Made by a program: the position numbers and the translations under genes. From the human T2T-CHM13v2.0 reference genome, Homo sapiens, in NCBI RefSeq assembly GCF_009914755.1, contig NC_060946.1: a DNA stretch of 64,000 nt; one strand, 5' to 3'. Positions 1-18,546 of this stretch are shown in pieces; position 1 is the stretch's first letter, and every line of letters begins with the position of its first letter. The notes beneath the pieces were generated by a model, which did no database searches, was not told the origin of the DNA, and saw nothing but the letters and a program-made list of their open reading frames with translations.

Positions 1-1144
1 TCAGTGTAAACGCCGAAGTCATTTTATCAGCTACAAGGTGTAGAGGGCCTTGTAGCTGATGGAATGACCCTATGCCTCCACTTCCTCATTGACCTCTGTC
101 CTTAACACACACACCTGGCTCTCATGATCCCAGCATCACTGGCTAACTTGATCTTTCTTTAATGATCTAAGTAGCCTGTACACCAGGATCTTTGTATTTG
201 CTGTTTCCTCTTCCTGGCATAGTCTTCCTCAAAGAACCCGGTCTTGCACTTCTTCAGATAACTCAAATGTCGTCTCAGCAAAGTCTTTCCTAGCCACTCA
301 CTGCAGAACATGGACACCTTCCCTGTGGCCCTGTTATTATGACTCCACCATTGCTTTATTTTCTCCAAAGCACTTATCATCATCTAGTGTAGTATCCAGT
401 TACTGATGTGTGTATTGTCTATCTCCTCTGCTGGAATTTTTAGGCTTCATGGGGAAGGACTTCATCACTTCAGCACCTTGAATAGTGACTGGCACACAGC
501 AGGCATTAGGGAACTACTGAATGGCAGATGGAATGAATGAATGAATGAAGTCTCTTTCACAAGCTGTGAATTGGGCCATGTGTGCCTTATGGGTTCTCCA
601 GCACCTGGGGAAGCCCTTAATCTTAGTATACACCATCCCGTATTGTGACTGTCTTTTTACTTGTCTATCCCTTTGTCATGGGGATTGTGTCTTACTTCTA
701 TAACTCTGGAGTCCAGTACAATACCTGGCACATAGTAGGCACACAACAGATTTTTGATGAAATAAACATTCTCTGCAAAGAGTGGGACCACATCTTACTC
801 ACTGTTATATCACCCATACTTGGCATACATGAATGATTAACGTATGCTTGTTGAATTAATAGACCAAACAAATTAATGGCATCCCATTTTCTTGATAGAT
901 GAAGCACAGGTCCCAAAAGCAGCAGTAATTTGGGTTTCTTTTAATGAAAATCAAGTGAGTAATATATTCACAGGCCTTCTTTCTAGTTTGGAAGTTACAA
1001 TCTGGGTGAGCTATCACTGCTGCACTTACACATGCAAAAGACTCACAGGTGGCAGGTACCACTGCGCTAACACACAAACATGAAACAAATCAAGGAAGGC
1101 CCAGGAAGGCGACCTTGTGGATGTGGTCAGAGAGGAAGAAGTAA

Positions 1145-1815
<671 letters not shown>

Positions 1816-3470
1816 TCAGGCCAGGTGGTCAGGTAAGGATTCAGAGATGAGTAGGATTCAGAAGCAGCCTGGGTGAAGGAAAAGAGGTCACTGTAAGAGG
1901 TGGAGCCCTTGGCCGAAGTAGGTGAGAGGTTTGATTAAGGGGGGTGAGTAGGCTTTAAGGTGAGGCCATGGAGGTGGGAATGGGGCAATGTATATAAAGG
2001 GACTTCTAGAGAATTTGCTTGAAAAGAACAGAGCAGTCTGATTAGGGATGGAAGTGTCCAGGCAAGGCCACTGCTAGCCTATCTTGGGCTTTTGTGTGAA
2101 ATGGGAAAAGGCGCCCCTCTGGAGAGATGCCAGCCTCTTGGCACAAAGTGGAGCCAGTGGAAAGCATTTTAGGAAAACCCCACACCAGTGTACGCAGCTG
2201 GGTGGGAGGTGGAAGGGCTATCCTATGTATCCATTGGGCTGGAATTTTGTCTAGTGCACAAACTCCCCAACTTACACAGGGGGCCTGTGCTCAGATTAGT
2301 GAATGCTTATGTGGGTATTTTGCTGGAGGCCAAAGGTTTAGAAATAAGGTCTTCACCTGTCTGTGGGTAAGTTCATCTTCAGGTCTGAGAAGGCTGGCTG
2401 GGTCAACCTGCTTACATCTCTCACCTGATCTCCTAGGAGCCCCCTCTATACCCCACCATCCAGCCAAACTGAACTACTGGTCCCTAAACACATGCCACGT
2501 TTTCTGCCTAATGCTATTGCCTATGTTTTTCCCCTCTGCCTATGCCTGCAGAAACCGTGCATATCCCTAAGGCCCATTTAAAGCACCATCTTCTTTCTAA
2601 AGCCATTTATGACTTCCCTGAGTTAATTTCATTTCCTTTTAACCCTTGATCAAAATACATATTTATTCATGCGTGTATGTTTCTTTTCTGGCTTATGATT
2701 TGCCTTCCCTACCAGAATATAAGTGCCTGAAGGCAGAGACTGCAACTGGTTTGGAGGTCCTAGGTCTGGCTCAGTGCCTGGGATAGAGTGAGTGACTGTT
2801 AAGTGTTGGTAGAATGAATCAATGGTAGAATGAATAAATGAAGGAATATCCCTTACCTTACTCTATCATGTATTACACTTCTTTACAGAGATGGTTAACA
2901 AAGTATTTGTGTACTAGTAAACTGCAGGCATCCATCGAAACAGATGTTGGCCACAGTCCTGGAGCAGGGGCCAGGAAGTTGAGTGCCAGATCATGGGGAG
3001 GACAGGGGATGTCTTACAGGAGGGGCCAGAGTAGTTGGGGGCACTGGGAATAGGAGGGGGACACTCAGAGTATTGGCTCCTTACCCTTAGCTATTAAGGC
3101 ATTTTGGTATTTTACCACTGATATGGCCTTATGAATCCAGCATGATATTTCAGCCCTAAAGAGCTGGTTTGGGTTCTACAGGACAAGTTACAGAGGGAAA
3201 CTGGGGAGCAGTGTTGGGAGCAGAGCTAAGAAAGGATGACTTGAGGGTGGTCAGGGTGCAGACAGCACTAAGGGAAGCACAGGGAAATGGGAGGGTTGAG
3301 AGCTGAGGGGAAGGGATTTGGGTAGGAGAGGAGGATCTCTGGCCAAGCAATGAGTGATCTGAAGGTTGGAGGAAATGTGGTGAGTGGGATAAGGGGGTGT
3401 AAAGCCCTCCATGTCCTGAGAGGCAGAGTGACAGTAACAGCATCTTAACACTCTGAATGGATGCATGTAC

Positions 3471-3558
3471 CTCCTGCAGGAGCTAGATCCAGCTGATCTT
3501 CTGCTGTGCTGGGCCTTTCTTGATCCTTTAGTTGCCCTTGGAGGTTAGTCAAGGTGTC
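3471..3558 (-). other. BPIFC: Probable 88-nt non-coding 5'UTR exon of the divergent upstream gene (likely BPIFC)
   Basis: On -: pyrimidine tract ctctacttatccccctttccag|GACACC...GCAGGAG|gtacat, no ATG inside; gene identity inferred from known gene order next to FBXO7. Confidence 0.55.
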
Positions 3559-3788
3559 CTGGAAAGGGGGATAAGTAGAGATGAACTATGGGAGTGAGGA
3601 GAACACTTCTGGGACTCAGGTTAGTGGCTGCTGACCAACTGGTATAGGAGCATTTCCACATTTTAACATATGGCGAGGCCAAACTGAAAAGCAGTCTTGC
3701 TAATATCACTGCCGGCTAAAAATTGTAAATGGATGTGTTATGCCAAGACAGGCATTAGAGAGATTTTTGTTTTAAAAGAGCAAAAATA

Positions 3789-4197
<409 letters not shown>

Positions 4198-4704
4198 TTA
4201 AGGCAGACATGATATCTCTCCCTGGCACATGGTAAGACCCAAATTAATATGTGCTAACTGATCAACTGACTGACTTAAAAGATTCCAGTCAACTAAGAAA
4301 GGTTCTACAAATGGTTAGAAAAAAAGGAAAAACCAAACTATCATATATAATATAGAGCTCTCCATTTCTATAGTGAAAAAAACATAATAAACCAAAGAAG
4401 AAATATTACTTGTGAATGGAATAACAACTAAAATAATAAATTTTTATTTCTTTACCCTTTACAAAACTCACAGTTCTTTGAAGTGGATGTTCTTATTATC
4501 TTACTCCCATTTTAGACACGTGGACATGGAGGCTTAGAGAATCTGATGACTCGTCCAAGATCCCACAGTAAGTAAGGCACCTGGGAACCCAGCCTTGTTC
4601 TTCTGGTTCCTAATTCTAGTGTTGATGAATTTATTTTTATTGAATGACTCGATACATGCTAGGGTTTTCATTTTCATCTGGGAATTTTAAATAGGAGTTG
4701 CTTG

Positions 4705-4808
4705 ACACCATTTTCCTTTTTGTTGTTGTTGTTTAAAAGTTACTCAATTTTTTTTATTACACTTTAAGTTCTAGGGTACATGTGCACAGAAAACCAAACA
4801 CCATTTTC
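4705..4808 (-). mobile_element. Very short 5'-inverted L1PA insertion with TSD
   Basis: ACACCATTTTC at 4705-4715 and 4798-4808; T-tract plus L1 3' end (attacactttaagttctagggtacatgtgcaca) then an oppositely oriented L1 3'UTR word (acagaaaaccaaacacc). Confidence 0.75.
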
Positions 4809-6271
4809 AAGGTGGAAAAATTCAATAAGCATCTAGAAACGTTCAAGCATCACAGTGCAAATCCCTTCTTATTTTCTTGGACACAACTGGAGTTTTAAAT
4901 TCCCTGCCAGCAGTAAAACCTGTTTTCCCTTCTTGGTTAAAAAAAGTTTCTGAAGTGGTACACTTTGATGGAGATCCAGGAATCCAAAATTACAGGCAGG
5001 AAAACATATTTTTCCTCTAGAAATTTTATGAGTGAAAGAAATTACTGGGGTATGAAGGGGTGAATTGTACATAACTTTTCATTGAATTGTTCAGTTACGA
5101 TGATAACTTATGGGCAGGGGAGGAAAGGAACCTTGTCAAGCAAGGTGATGACTACTAAAAGGTTAAGTAATTTGGCTGACAAGTGCAGGCAGGGCTAGTT
5201 GCCTGTTAAAAGGATCCAAGATCACTTAAAAACCCCACCAGCAAGTTATCTATTTTGTTGCTTCTGGGGAATTGCTTCTTTCCAAGATTCAAAATCTCAG
5301 TAGTCATTATTTTTCCATACAAATACACAGACAGAATAATACTCCTAAATTAAATGGTCCTTGTGTGAGTCATCCTGACAGCTAAGAAAATGCCAGTCCA
5401 ATTTAGAAAACACCTGAAACTCACAGATGGTCCTACTACTACTGCTGCTTGGCAAGAGCTTTGACTGACTCTGGAAAAACCGATTAAGGGAGTAATGAAT
5501 GAGTAAAATGTAGCCTTCAAAACAGAGGCGCAGGTTGAAAAATTAAGTTCAACAGGTTTAAAGAAGTCTAAACTAGAAGGGTATTCCGACATATTGGTTA
5601 AGACAAAATGACCGTACATAAGAAGTCTAAATCGACAGGTATGGAACGTGGGCAGAATATTTCAAGGGATCCACTCCTCACATCTAGTTTTATAGCAACA
5701 TCTCTAATGACAAGGACCTTGAGAATTCATAGCATGTCTTTTCCCCAAAACTCTATGCCTAACACCAACAAGTTCAACAGTCCAGGCAAGTGGGTGGCTA
5801 GTTTTGCTCTGGCAGGATCTAGGTCACTGATGTGCTTTAAGACCTGCCTTGAAAGCACAGAGATTATAACAACTCCTTAGTCCTAACCATGCTGATTTTG
5901 AGAGACAAGATAGAATTTTCTGCCACTGTGCTGGGTTCCCCTCTGAAATGGAGGCAAAAATAAGTCCAGATCACTGAGCAACCCTCTTAACATTGTTCCA
6001 TGATGCAAAACTAAGTAGGTGGTTTAAACCAACTCTTTTCTCTCTTATGGCTGTTTAGCTGTCACTAAAGCTTTTGCCTAAGAAGCCTCCAGGTGCGCAT
6101 ATGTGACATCACACAAACAAACAAACAAAGATACAGAAAAATCTAGGCAGACAATAATAATAACCCAGGATATATGACAGCTGCCTGTTCAAAGTGTCCT
6201 ACCAAATCTGGGACATCTCCAGTTTGGAGATCATGGCTGGCAGAGACCTGAAGTTTGTTCATGAGTCTTAC

Positions 6272-6380
6272 CTCAAGCAGAGGAAGTGTCCAAAGCTGGA
6301 GAGCACCTTCGATTCTCTCTGCCTTTGAAGCTGATGTGTTCTCCACCTTGCGCCTTAAACTCAGCTGCTAAAAAGCCAAG
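6272..6380 (-). other. BPIFC: Candidate first non-coding exon of the upstream gene (likely BPIFC); 5' boundary approximate
   Basis: Strong donor GAG|GTAAGA on - (GT at 6271-6270); AP-1 site just upstream; identity inferred from gene order. Confidence 0.4.
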
Positions 6381-6391
6381 ATAATTAAGTC

Positions 6392-6398
6392 TGACTCA
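6392..6398. promoter_or_regulatory. AP-1 consensus site TGACTCA
   Basis: Perfect heptamer next to the candidate - strand first exon. Confidence 0.35.
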
Positions 6399-6541
6399 TC
6401 TCAGTGGTGAATTTTTTTAATGCCTCTTTCAAAATGTGATACATAATTGCTTCACTACAATTACCCAATGGCATGAATGAGCACTACAGTATCTACCTAG
6501 ATAAACAGACAGTGCCACCTATGCAATAATTATCTTCCTGC

Positions 6542-6544
<3 letters not shown>

Positions 6545-6583
<39 letters not shown>
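6545..6583. repeat. (CA)n microsatellite, ~19 units
   Basis: Directly visible. Confidence 0.97.
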
Positions 6584-6585
<2 letters not shown>

Positions 6586-6951
6586 ACTTGTGAAATTGTG
6601 ATGGCTACTTTACCAAAATGATTGAAAACGGTGTTAAACTGCATTGGAAGAGGAAGAATTTTCCTGTCTGGAATCATAAGCTGGTTCCTTCTGGTCAGGG
6701 TGCCTGCGGTGGATGGCTCTACTACTGCCCAGAATACCTTTGGGACTTGTGGTGGATCATCAGATTCAGTCTGAAAGCATGAGGCTTGACAATCGGGCTG
6801 ACCTAGTTACCTTATCACTCAGGGTAGGACCTCAGTTGGCATCTCTCAGTGTCCGTCCGCTCCTTTTCAGAATGTTATTAATGACTTACTGTTCCAGCAT
6901 TCCTTAAACCTAAGTTGGGTGGGTGGGTTCATCAACTATTATGCAACTTAA

Positions 6952-7335
<384 letters not shown>

Positions 7336-7376
7336 ATTAATGTATTTTAGATGGCCAGGGATTTGATTGTATGAAG

Positions 7377-7830
<454 letters not shown>

Positions 7831-9092
7831 AAGGAACCACAGACGCTTTCACTTGGCATTGTCCATACTTCTCACAGCTTCTCAGGGGAGTTATACCTTG
7901 GGTTATACTTACTGATTTGAACTGAGTTTCCTTAAGGTAAAGTGGGGATAGAAATAGTAACTTCCTTGATTGGTTCTGGTGAAGAAAAACATAATAACAC
8001 ATGAGAATGCGCTATTAAAACTGTAAACTGCTGTGAAATTCTACTCATTAGCACGTGGCCGTATCAATAATGATACGGTGCAGAGACGCTCTTCATGGGA
8101 TCATTTATTGTCGGTCATCATAGATGAATTCATTCATTCAATCAACAGATTTACTGAGCACCTACAATGTGCAAAGTCCTCTTCAGCAAAAAAGATGAAA
8201 TTTTTGTCCACGAGGAGTTTATGTTCTAGTCGATGGAGACAAAATAAATAAGCAAACAATAAAATAAACAAAAATGTATAAATTGTGACATGTACTGTGA
8301 CGGAACTAAGGGAATGTTGTTGGTAAGGTGGTCTTGTAATAGGTAGAGCAATGCAACTGGGGGAGGTGGGCTTATTTTATCAGGATACCCACGTGGGCGT
8401 CTCTGAGGAGGTGATTATTTGCGCTGAGATGTGACCGTTGGAAGCCAGGCAGGCAAAGTGCTGAAAGGAAAAGGTGGAGGGAACTGCAAAGGTGAGCCAG
8501 TTTGTCTGAAATGGAGTTGGGGCAGAAGTTATGGTATTCGAGATGTAAATGGTGATGTCAGGTGGGTAGAGTTCAGGGAAGAGGTCAACTGGAAATATGA
8601 ATGTCTAAGTCATCATCCGAAAGGTGGAGTTAAAGCCACAGAAATGAATGAGATCATTGCAGGCAGCTTCCCACGTGCATGTGCTACTGAAAGTGTGGAA
8701 GATGAGTTCAGGCGCTATGCAGAGAAGCTCTTGAAATTGTACTGTGCATTAGAAAAAATACAGAGCTAGACATGGAAGACGAAGGACAACATGGAAGATG
8801 AAGGACAACATCAAAAGCACTATATGGAAAAAAAAAATCACAAAACACCTCTACATCTTTCTACCTTTTCCTCACTATTTTCCCCGGGTGGCAACATCAA
8901 TTTCCTCCCCCGCCCCCTCTCTCCCTGTCCTTCTCCAGGGTCCGAGGTCTCCTCTTTCGTTTCTCTCCTCTCCAGAGCAGCTTCTTGGCTCCATCTTCTT
9001 CCCCTGCTCCCACCTTCACTGTCTGGCCCCTGCCCAGCCCATCCCCTGCTCATTCTCAATTCCTTTTCTCTGTTAGAAAGAAACCAACAATC

Positions 9093-9403
9093 GGCTGGGC
9101 GTGGTGGCTCACGCCTGTAATCCCAGCACTTTGGGAGGCCGAGGCGGGCAGATCACGAGGTCAAGAGATCAAGACCATCCTGGCTAACACAGTGAAACCC
9201 CGTCTCTACTAAAAACACAAAAAATTAGCCGGGCTTGGTGGTGGGCGCCTGTAGTCCCAGCTACTCAGGAGGCTGAGGCAGGAGAATGGGGTGAACCTGG
9301 GAGGCAGAGCTTGCAGTGAGCCAAGATCTCGCCACTGCACTTCAGCCTGGGCAACAGAGCGAGACTCCCTCTCAAAACAAACAAACAAACAAACAAACAA
9401 ACA
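9093..9403 (+). mobile_element. AluY-like with (AAAC)n tail
   Basis: Full dimer, accatcctggctaac and gagcttgcag words. Confidence 0.9.
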
Positions 9404-10067
9404 ACCATAAAATAACAGTATCTTTCCATCTTTCCTGATGCAAATACTTTTTCTTCCTGTTACAAAAGACCTGAAAGTCTAACCACATCTTTGGTGAAAA
9501 CCCCAGAATCATTGCTGTATATTCCAGGAGTCTGCCACAAGATAGAAGAGGGAGGTTGGCTTGAATGAGAATGGTGAGGAGAGACAGTGCAAGGTGTAGA
9601 GATTCGCCTTGCAGTCATGAGGGCTCTCGCCTCCCCTGGACCTGGACCTGCGCTACCCATTCCAACGCTGGGTCCTTGAACAATTTACTTCACTTCCAGG
9701 TCTCAGAGCCATCACCTCTAAAAGTGGAGCTCACATTTACTTTGAAGAGTCATTTTGAGAATGAAATTAGACGAGGCAGCACCTATGTTTTTCACACAGT
9801 GTCAATAAATTAGATGCATTTCATCTATTTTTATTTAAAGTTAATAATTACAAAGATATCTTAAACAAGGTTTGTTTTTAAGAAGTATACAAAGTTCAGT
9901 TTTCATGGTATTTACTTTTTACAGTTACCCTCTATTAGGAAATTTAAAAAGTTTCCCCTTTATATAACTTTTCCCTTTTAAATAAGATTATATACATTTT
10001 AAGAAGTGGGTTGATTTATGGGAAAAAAAAGTAAATAACAGTACAGCTCACATGGGACATAGAATAC

Positions 10068-10361
10068 TTTTTTTTTTTTTTTTGAGATTTAGTCTCACTC
10101 TGTTGCCCAGGCTGGAGGGCAGTGGCACCAACTCGGCTCACTGCAACCTCCCGCTCCTGGGTTAAGCAATTCTCCTGCCTCAGCCTCCTGAGTAGCTGAG
10201 ATTACAGGCGCCACCACCACGCCTGGCTAATTTTTGAATTTTTGGTACAGATGGGGTTTTGCCATGTTTGCCAGGCTGTTCTCGAATTCCTGACCTTGTG
10301 ATCCACCCGACTCGGCCTCCCAAAGTGCTGGTATTACAGGCATGAGCCACCGTACCCAGCC
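10068..10361 (-). mobile_element. Alu (AluS-like)
   Basis: Reverse Alu flanked by ggacatagaata repeats. Confidence 0.9.
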
Positions 10362-10884
10362 TTAGGACATAGAATAATTTCTGAAAAAGGGGCTCAAATA
10401 ATTAGAGTCTAGGAAACAAAGATCTAAGAAGAGAGTGTAGCTAGTCTGTTGTCTTTTATTTGGAAGAGGCCTTAGAAATCAGCTAATTAGCCTTCCTAAT
10501 TAGCTGTTTAGGGCACATTTGCCAAATTCATCTTTAAAAACATCAACAACAAAAGCCAGCAGCACCCTATCCAGTTTCACTGTTTATTTTAGCTTTCCAT
10601 ATTTAACAGAAGATTTGCTGGGAATGCCTGCTTCTTCAGCCTACTCATGACGGCAATCTAAAATGCAAGATTAATTATTACACTGTCAAATAGCTGACAG
10701 TGTGTTTGTCTTTGCAGATCAGGGAACACTCTTAATTAAGACTCCAAAAGAAAAATCATAAATAACTGGCTAGAAATACTTGTTCATTAAAACGAGATGT
10801 CAAGAGATAGTGTTAGGGAACTGAGCATCCCTGTTCTTGGTTTCTAGAATGTCTGGGCTATAACCATATAGAAAGAGCTAACTA

Positions 10885-11206
<322 letters not shown>

Positions 11207-12196
11207 CTAACTGAAGATCAAACATTTTTGAGATTGGAGGACAAATTATATTATTCTTGCTAGGAGACAAAAGTGGGAGGGAAGAGGGATTATGTGGATA
11301 TGGAGGGAGGCGCCACATAGGGCAGTCTTGGGGCAAAAGACACTGTGAGTTCCAATCGCTCATTGCCCCCAATGTTTGCGTTGGTGAAATCTGGTTAAAA
11401 GGAAACCCTAAAGAAGGATACATAGGGTAGAGAAAAATAAGAGCTAACATTTATTGTTTGTTATGTTCTGGGCACCATCCATATATGAATTCACTAAATA
11501 CTCATCAAGACTGTATAAAGAACTAATATTATTTCCATTCGCTAGGTGGGACAACTTGCCTAAGCTTAGACATTACAGCTAGTAAGTTGCGGAGCCAGGA
11601 TTCAGGACCCAGGTGTTCCGTTTTCAAGGATATGCCTTTTTACCACTATACTATGCTGACTTTTTAGGAAGGTCACTAAAGGGCAACACACAACCCAGGG
11701 TACGCAGAAGGTGGCAAGAGAGAAGGATGCTGTTGCTAGGCAACCCATCTGGTTTTCTGAGCTGCTAATTGAATCTGTGTAGCGCAGATTTATGTGTTTG
11801 TTTGAAATAGCTAGTTTATTTCTAGCCAGAAGAAGCTGCCTGGAGTTCATGTGATTCTGAAGGTGATGAGTCATCTTACAGTTCATCCTGGGAGGGCTGG
11901 GGAGAAGTCTGGCAGAATCATCCTATCACCCAGCAGTAGCTCCTCCTCTTGTCCCTGCTCTGTCGCAGGCCACACTCCATTGATGTCTGTGTAATGATGT
12001 TTCTGGGTGGACATCAATGACTGACTCAGACTGTGACTTCTCACACCAGTCACGCTCTGGAACGGTTTAGAGCAGTGATGCTCTCTTGGTTTTGACAAAT
12101 GAACCTACTCACGTCGGTTCCTTCCATTGTTACTAGTTATCTAGAAGGGAGTCACATTATCTTACTGCAGTTCAAAATGAACTTAAATTCATGCTA

Positions 12197-12843
<647 letters not shown>

Positions 12844-13065
12844 AAATATGGTATATTCAAGTATTCTGTTTAGCCCTTGCGGCAGAAAACAGCATTCCTC
12901 TCTATGATCAGATGCTGATATTCCTAATAACATTTTTCTTAACTATCCAATAAATATGTGAACACATTCTTGTGATAAAGGATTCAAATAATTACTGAAG
13001 TTTACAGATCAAATTGGGAAAATTACCGCACCCCCCGCCTCCAACTTTGTCCCTATCCCTCCCTC

Positions 13066-13276
13066 TTTTTATTTGTAATTTTTATTTTTCGAGATAGGGT
13101 CTCACTCTGTAACCCAAGCTGGAGTGCAGTGGTGTGATCACGGCTCACTGCAGCCTCAACCTCCCAGGCTCCAGCATTCTCCCACCTCAGCCTCCCTAGT
13201 TAGCTGGGACTGTAAGTGGGCACCACCATGCTTGGCAGATTTTAAAAAAATCTTCTACAGAGACAGAGCTGGTCTC
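13066..13276 (-). mobile_element. Partial AluJ-like element
   Basis: gagatagggtctcactctg...cacggctcactgcagcctcaacc. Confidence 0.8.
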
Positions 13277-13281
13277 TAATC

Positions 13282-13480
13282 CACTGGTTCTCAAGGTGGC
13301 ATTTCCTCCCAGGGAATAGTTGGCATCTTTGGTTCTTACAACTGGGGAGGGAGACGGTTCTACTAGCATTTTGTGGATAGCGACCATGGATGCTGCTAAA
13401 CATTCTACACACAGAACCGCCTCTTGCAACAAAGACTTAAGTGGTCCAAAATGTCAATAGTGCTGAGGCTGAGAAACCCT
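13282..13480. mobile_element. Second MER20, opposite orientation to the first
   Basis: ctggttctcaa ... ggatgctgctaaacattct ... aaaatgtcaatagtgctgaggctgagaaaccct. Confidence 0.75.
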
Positions 13481-14280
13481 AATCTATCCCCCACATCCTA
13501 TCATAATCCCTAGTGATAGATTCACATTACAGATCTGAGCCTGCCCTAGTAGTTAGTATACACCTGTCAGATTCAAGGCTTCCCACCATCTTTTGAATAG
13601 CCTTCCCTTTTTCGGGAGGAAATTCCAATATTCTACGTCTTGCCTCCCCGAGGAAGGAGTTCAGACCCCAATTCCCAGTCTCCTTTGTAGCCAGGACCCA
13701 GGTGTGGGGCCCAGACTTCCTCAATCAGACATCCCTATGAGCTTTTGATGTGGAAGTGAGCAAGGTGAAGAAACAGGCTCTTTTGGAAGTTTGGCATTAT
13801 GCAGGAGGCTGCAAAAGCATGTGGGATTTGATGTTAACAGTGGCAGTGGCAGCCATTCCCCAGTGAATCCCAGCAGTTGTGATGGCGATTTCCTCCAGCA
13901 GCAATCCCAGTCTTAGTATTTTCCTCATCAGGCCAGTTTTCAGCTTGGTTCTGAGCTTCATTCTTGGAAGCTTAGCCTGGGGCCACTTCTCCATCCTCCC
14001 TAGAATTCCCTGAGCTGTACAGCATCCTTTTAATACACACCTTTTCTGCTTAGTCAGCCAGAGTCAGCTTCTACTGCTGAAAATTAAGAACCCTGATAGT
14101 AAAGACTCCCTGCTAAAAACTGTCTAGCGGCTTCCCATACATTCTAGAATATGTCCCAAACCCTGTGCTTAGCCCAAGGCTCTTCTTTATCTGGGATGTA
14201 CCTATGCTGTCCATCACTCTGGTCACACAGAGTCATCCTGGTCCTGGCACCATTCCTCACTGCTCACTACTAAAGAATCC

Positions 14281-15193
<913 letters not shown>

Positions 15194-15517
15194 ATCCCAT
15201 TCCTCAGGTCTGTATTTATGTCTATCATAAAGCAGAGACTTTTTACACTCTACTGAAAGAGCTGATTCACTCAACTGTAAACTTTGCATGGGCAGAAACA
15301 TGTCTTTTTGGTCTCTTGAGTCTCCAGCATGTGGGGTATCTGTCACAAAGTAGGCAATCAATACATATTTATTTGCAGAATCAAGGGCAGGATGTGGACA
15401 AGTGCTGCCACCTATTGGGAGAAACTTTATTTGACTCTAAGGATTTGGACTATGGTTATCACACAAGGACGAAACTTGATACTCTCTCTCATCTAAGTTA
15501 TCATTAGTTAGACCCTC

Positions 15518-15997
15518 TATGGTAGCCAGCCTCCAGGATGGCCCGCAGCGATCCCTGTCTGTTGGCATTCATACCTTTGGCTGGATCCTCTCACACATAG
15601 GGTTGGTTTGTAAATATGACAAAAGCCGTATGTGACCTCTGGAGCTAGGTCATAAAAGACATTGTGGCTTATACCTTGGTCTCTCTGGGATCACCTGCTC
15701 TGAAGGAAGCCAGCTGCCATGTCATGGGGACACTCAAACAGCCCTATGGGGAGGTTCACGTGGTGAAAACAGGTCTCTGGCCAACAGTCATGACTGTGCC
15801 ATCCTGGAGGCCGATCCTCCAGCCCTAGTCAATAACTGCTGCCCTGGCCTACAGTTTGTAATCTCATGGGAGACCTGGAGACAGAACCACCCAGCCACGC
15901 ATCCCCAAATCCCTTTACCTCTAAAACCTGTGGGACAACAAATGTTTATTGCGTTAAACTTTGGGGTGATTGTTATGCAGCCACAGAGTTCTAATAA
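15518..15997 (+). mobile_element. MaLR LTR (MLT1-like)
   Basis: ggtagccagcctccaggatggcc start, gaagccagctgccatgt, ttggggtgattgttatgcagc end. Confidence 0.65.
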
Positions 15998-16035
15998 ACT
16001 GTCGGACATAGATTACTGGCTACAAATAGTTCTAC

Positions 16036-16334
<299 letters not shown>

Positions 16335-16791
16335 TAAGGATTAACCTAAGGCTTCTCAGAGCAGATGCCGCTGGAACTGAGGGCCACGGAAGAAAGGGGG
16401 TGACACTTGGTCCTGGGGAGTGGCGACTGTATTGTCTGTCTGCAGCATCCCTATCAGCGCTACCGTTGTTCCACGCACACAGGGAGTAAGTACTGGGAGT
16501 CCCAGCCACCGCCGCGGAAAATCTGGGATGCCAGCGAGCGGCCGCATCTCGGCGCCTGCGCACTGTGCCCGCGCTCTCAGGCAGCGCCGTTGCGCGCGGA
16601 GTCATCGATCGGCCGACCCCGAGAGGCCCGGTTCCTTTAGGCCGCCTGCCCGCCTCCAGCTCTCGGGGTCGGCTCCAGGAGGCGCCCTCAGGAGAGGGGC
16701 GGGCGCTCTATTCCAGAGACCGAGTGGCAGGGCGGCCACTGTGGCGGGGCTCTTTCCCCGTTTCGCCTCAGCTACCCCTCAGCTCCGGTAG

Positions 16792-17433
<642 letters not shown>

Positions 17434-18546
17434 TAATTTCTTCAGCTGTTGGAGTATTTCAATGAAAAAGTTTGGAAATTGCTAGAAGTTAAAAATCTGC
17501 CCTCAATCCGAGGCCACCGGTAGCTTGTATCGCTGCTGTGAAGCGGCAACAATTTTAGATTCTGTTGTGTTCATGCGCCGAGCACCGCGGTGAGCGCTTG
17601 GACTTCGCCGCCGAAAAGTTTTAGAAAGGACAGCGTGTAGGCGTGTTTCAGACCATTTCATTTTCTTGGGTGAAATGTTGCTTTTTTGCTAAAACTGAGG
17701 CAAACGTTGATCTTGAGAGCTTGCAGTTTGGGGGCAGTAAAGTTGAGAAAGGATCATATTCTGTTATTGGTTTGTGGGACTGCAGGTGAAGCTGCTTTGT
17801 TTCCCTAAAAGATACTTTTTGGGGACAATAATTTGGGAGTAAAGCGGCAAGGTAAGAGTGGTCCTCTTCAAATACTGAGCTAGTGAATTTGAAACTTGAG
17901 TGTGCTAAGGAAAAATGAAAAAGATGTTCCCTGGGGATTTTTAGGTGAATTCTTCAAAACAAAAGCAAACCTTCCTACGTTTTCACCTTATTTTTAGGGA
18001 ATTGGGTAAAATGAGGCCGTTATTCTGAACTTCTCGCCCTTTCATTTTCCTGGTTAAGACATTATTAGATTGAAAGTAAGCCTGTTTTCTTCCTGATTAA
18101 AAAAAAAACCCTAAATAAGATACTGACATAACTCCTTTTAAACATTATAGTAAGTGACATGCCTACTGTTATTTCTTGTTGTTAAACCTGTGTGTTTTAC
18201 ATACTGGCATCGTTACCAGTAGGTTACGAGTAGAAGATTGAATAAATCTTCAAACTTATTTTTTAAAGGTATTACCAAGTATATATATATTTTATTATTT
18301 TTAAATTAGGCAGTCTTGAAAGGACGTGAAACTCAATATGACTGCCCAAAAGGGCACGTTGGTTTCTCTTTCAGATTTCTTTTTACAGTTGAGGCTGGTT
18401 ACCTGGACAGAATTTAAGCTTCAGCTTGTGAAAGTAAACTCATTTTTTCTGAAAGTATACTCATTTTCTAATAAAGGTGCAGTTTTAAAATATGTCCATG
18501 TGATATTATTTTAAAAATATCTTTACTGAGCAAGTGGAGCTAGGAT

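Noticed and set aside
8770-8811. 19-bp tandem duplication acatggaagaYgaaggaca
   Set aside because: Simple two-copy slippage with no functional context
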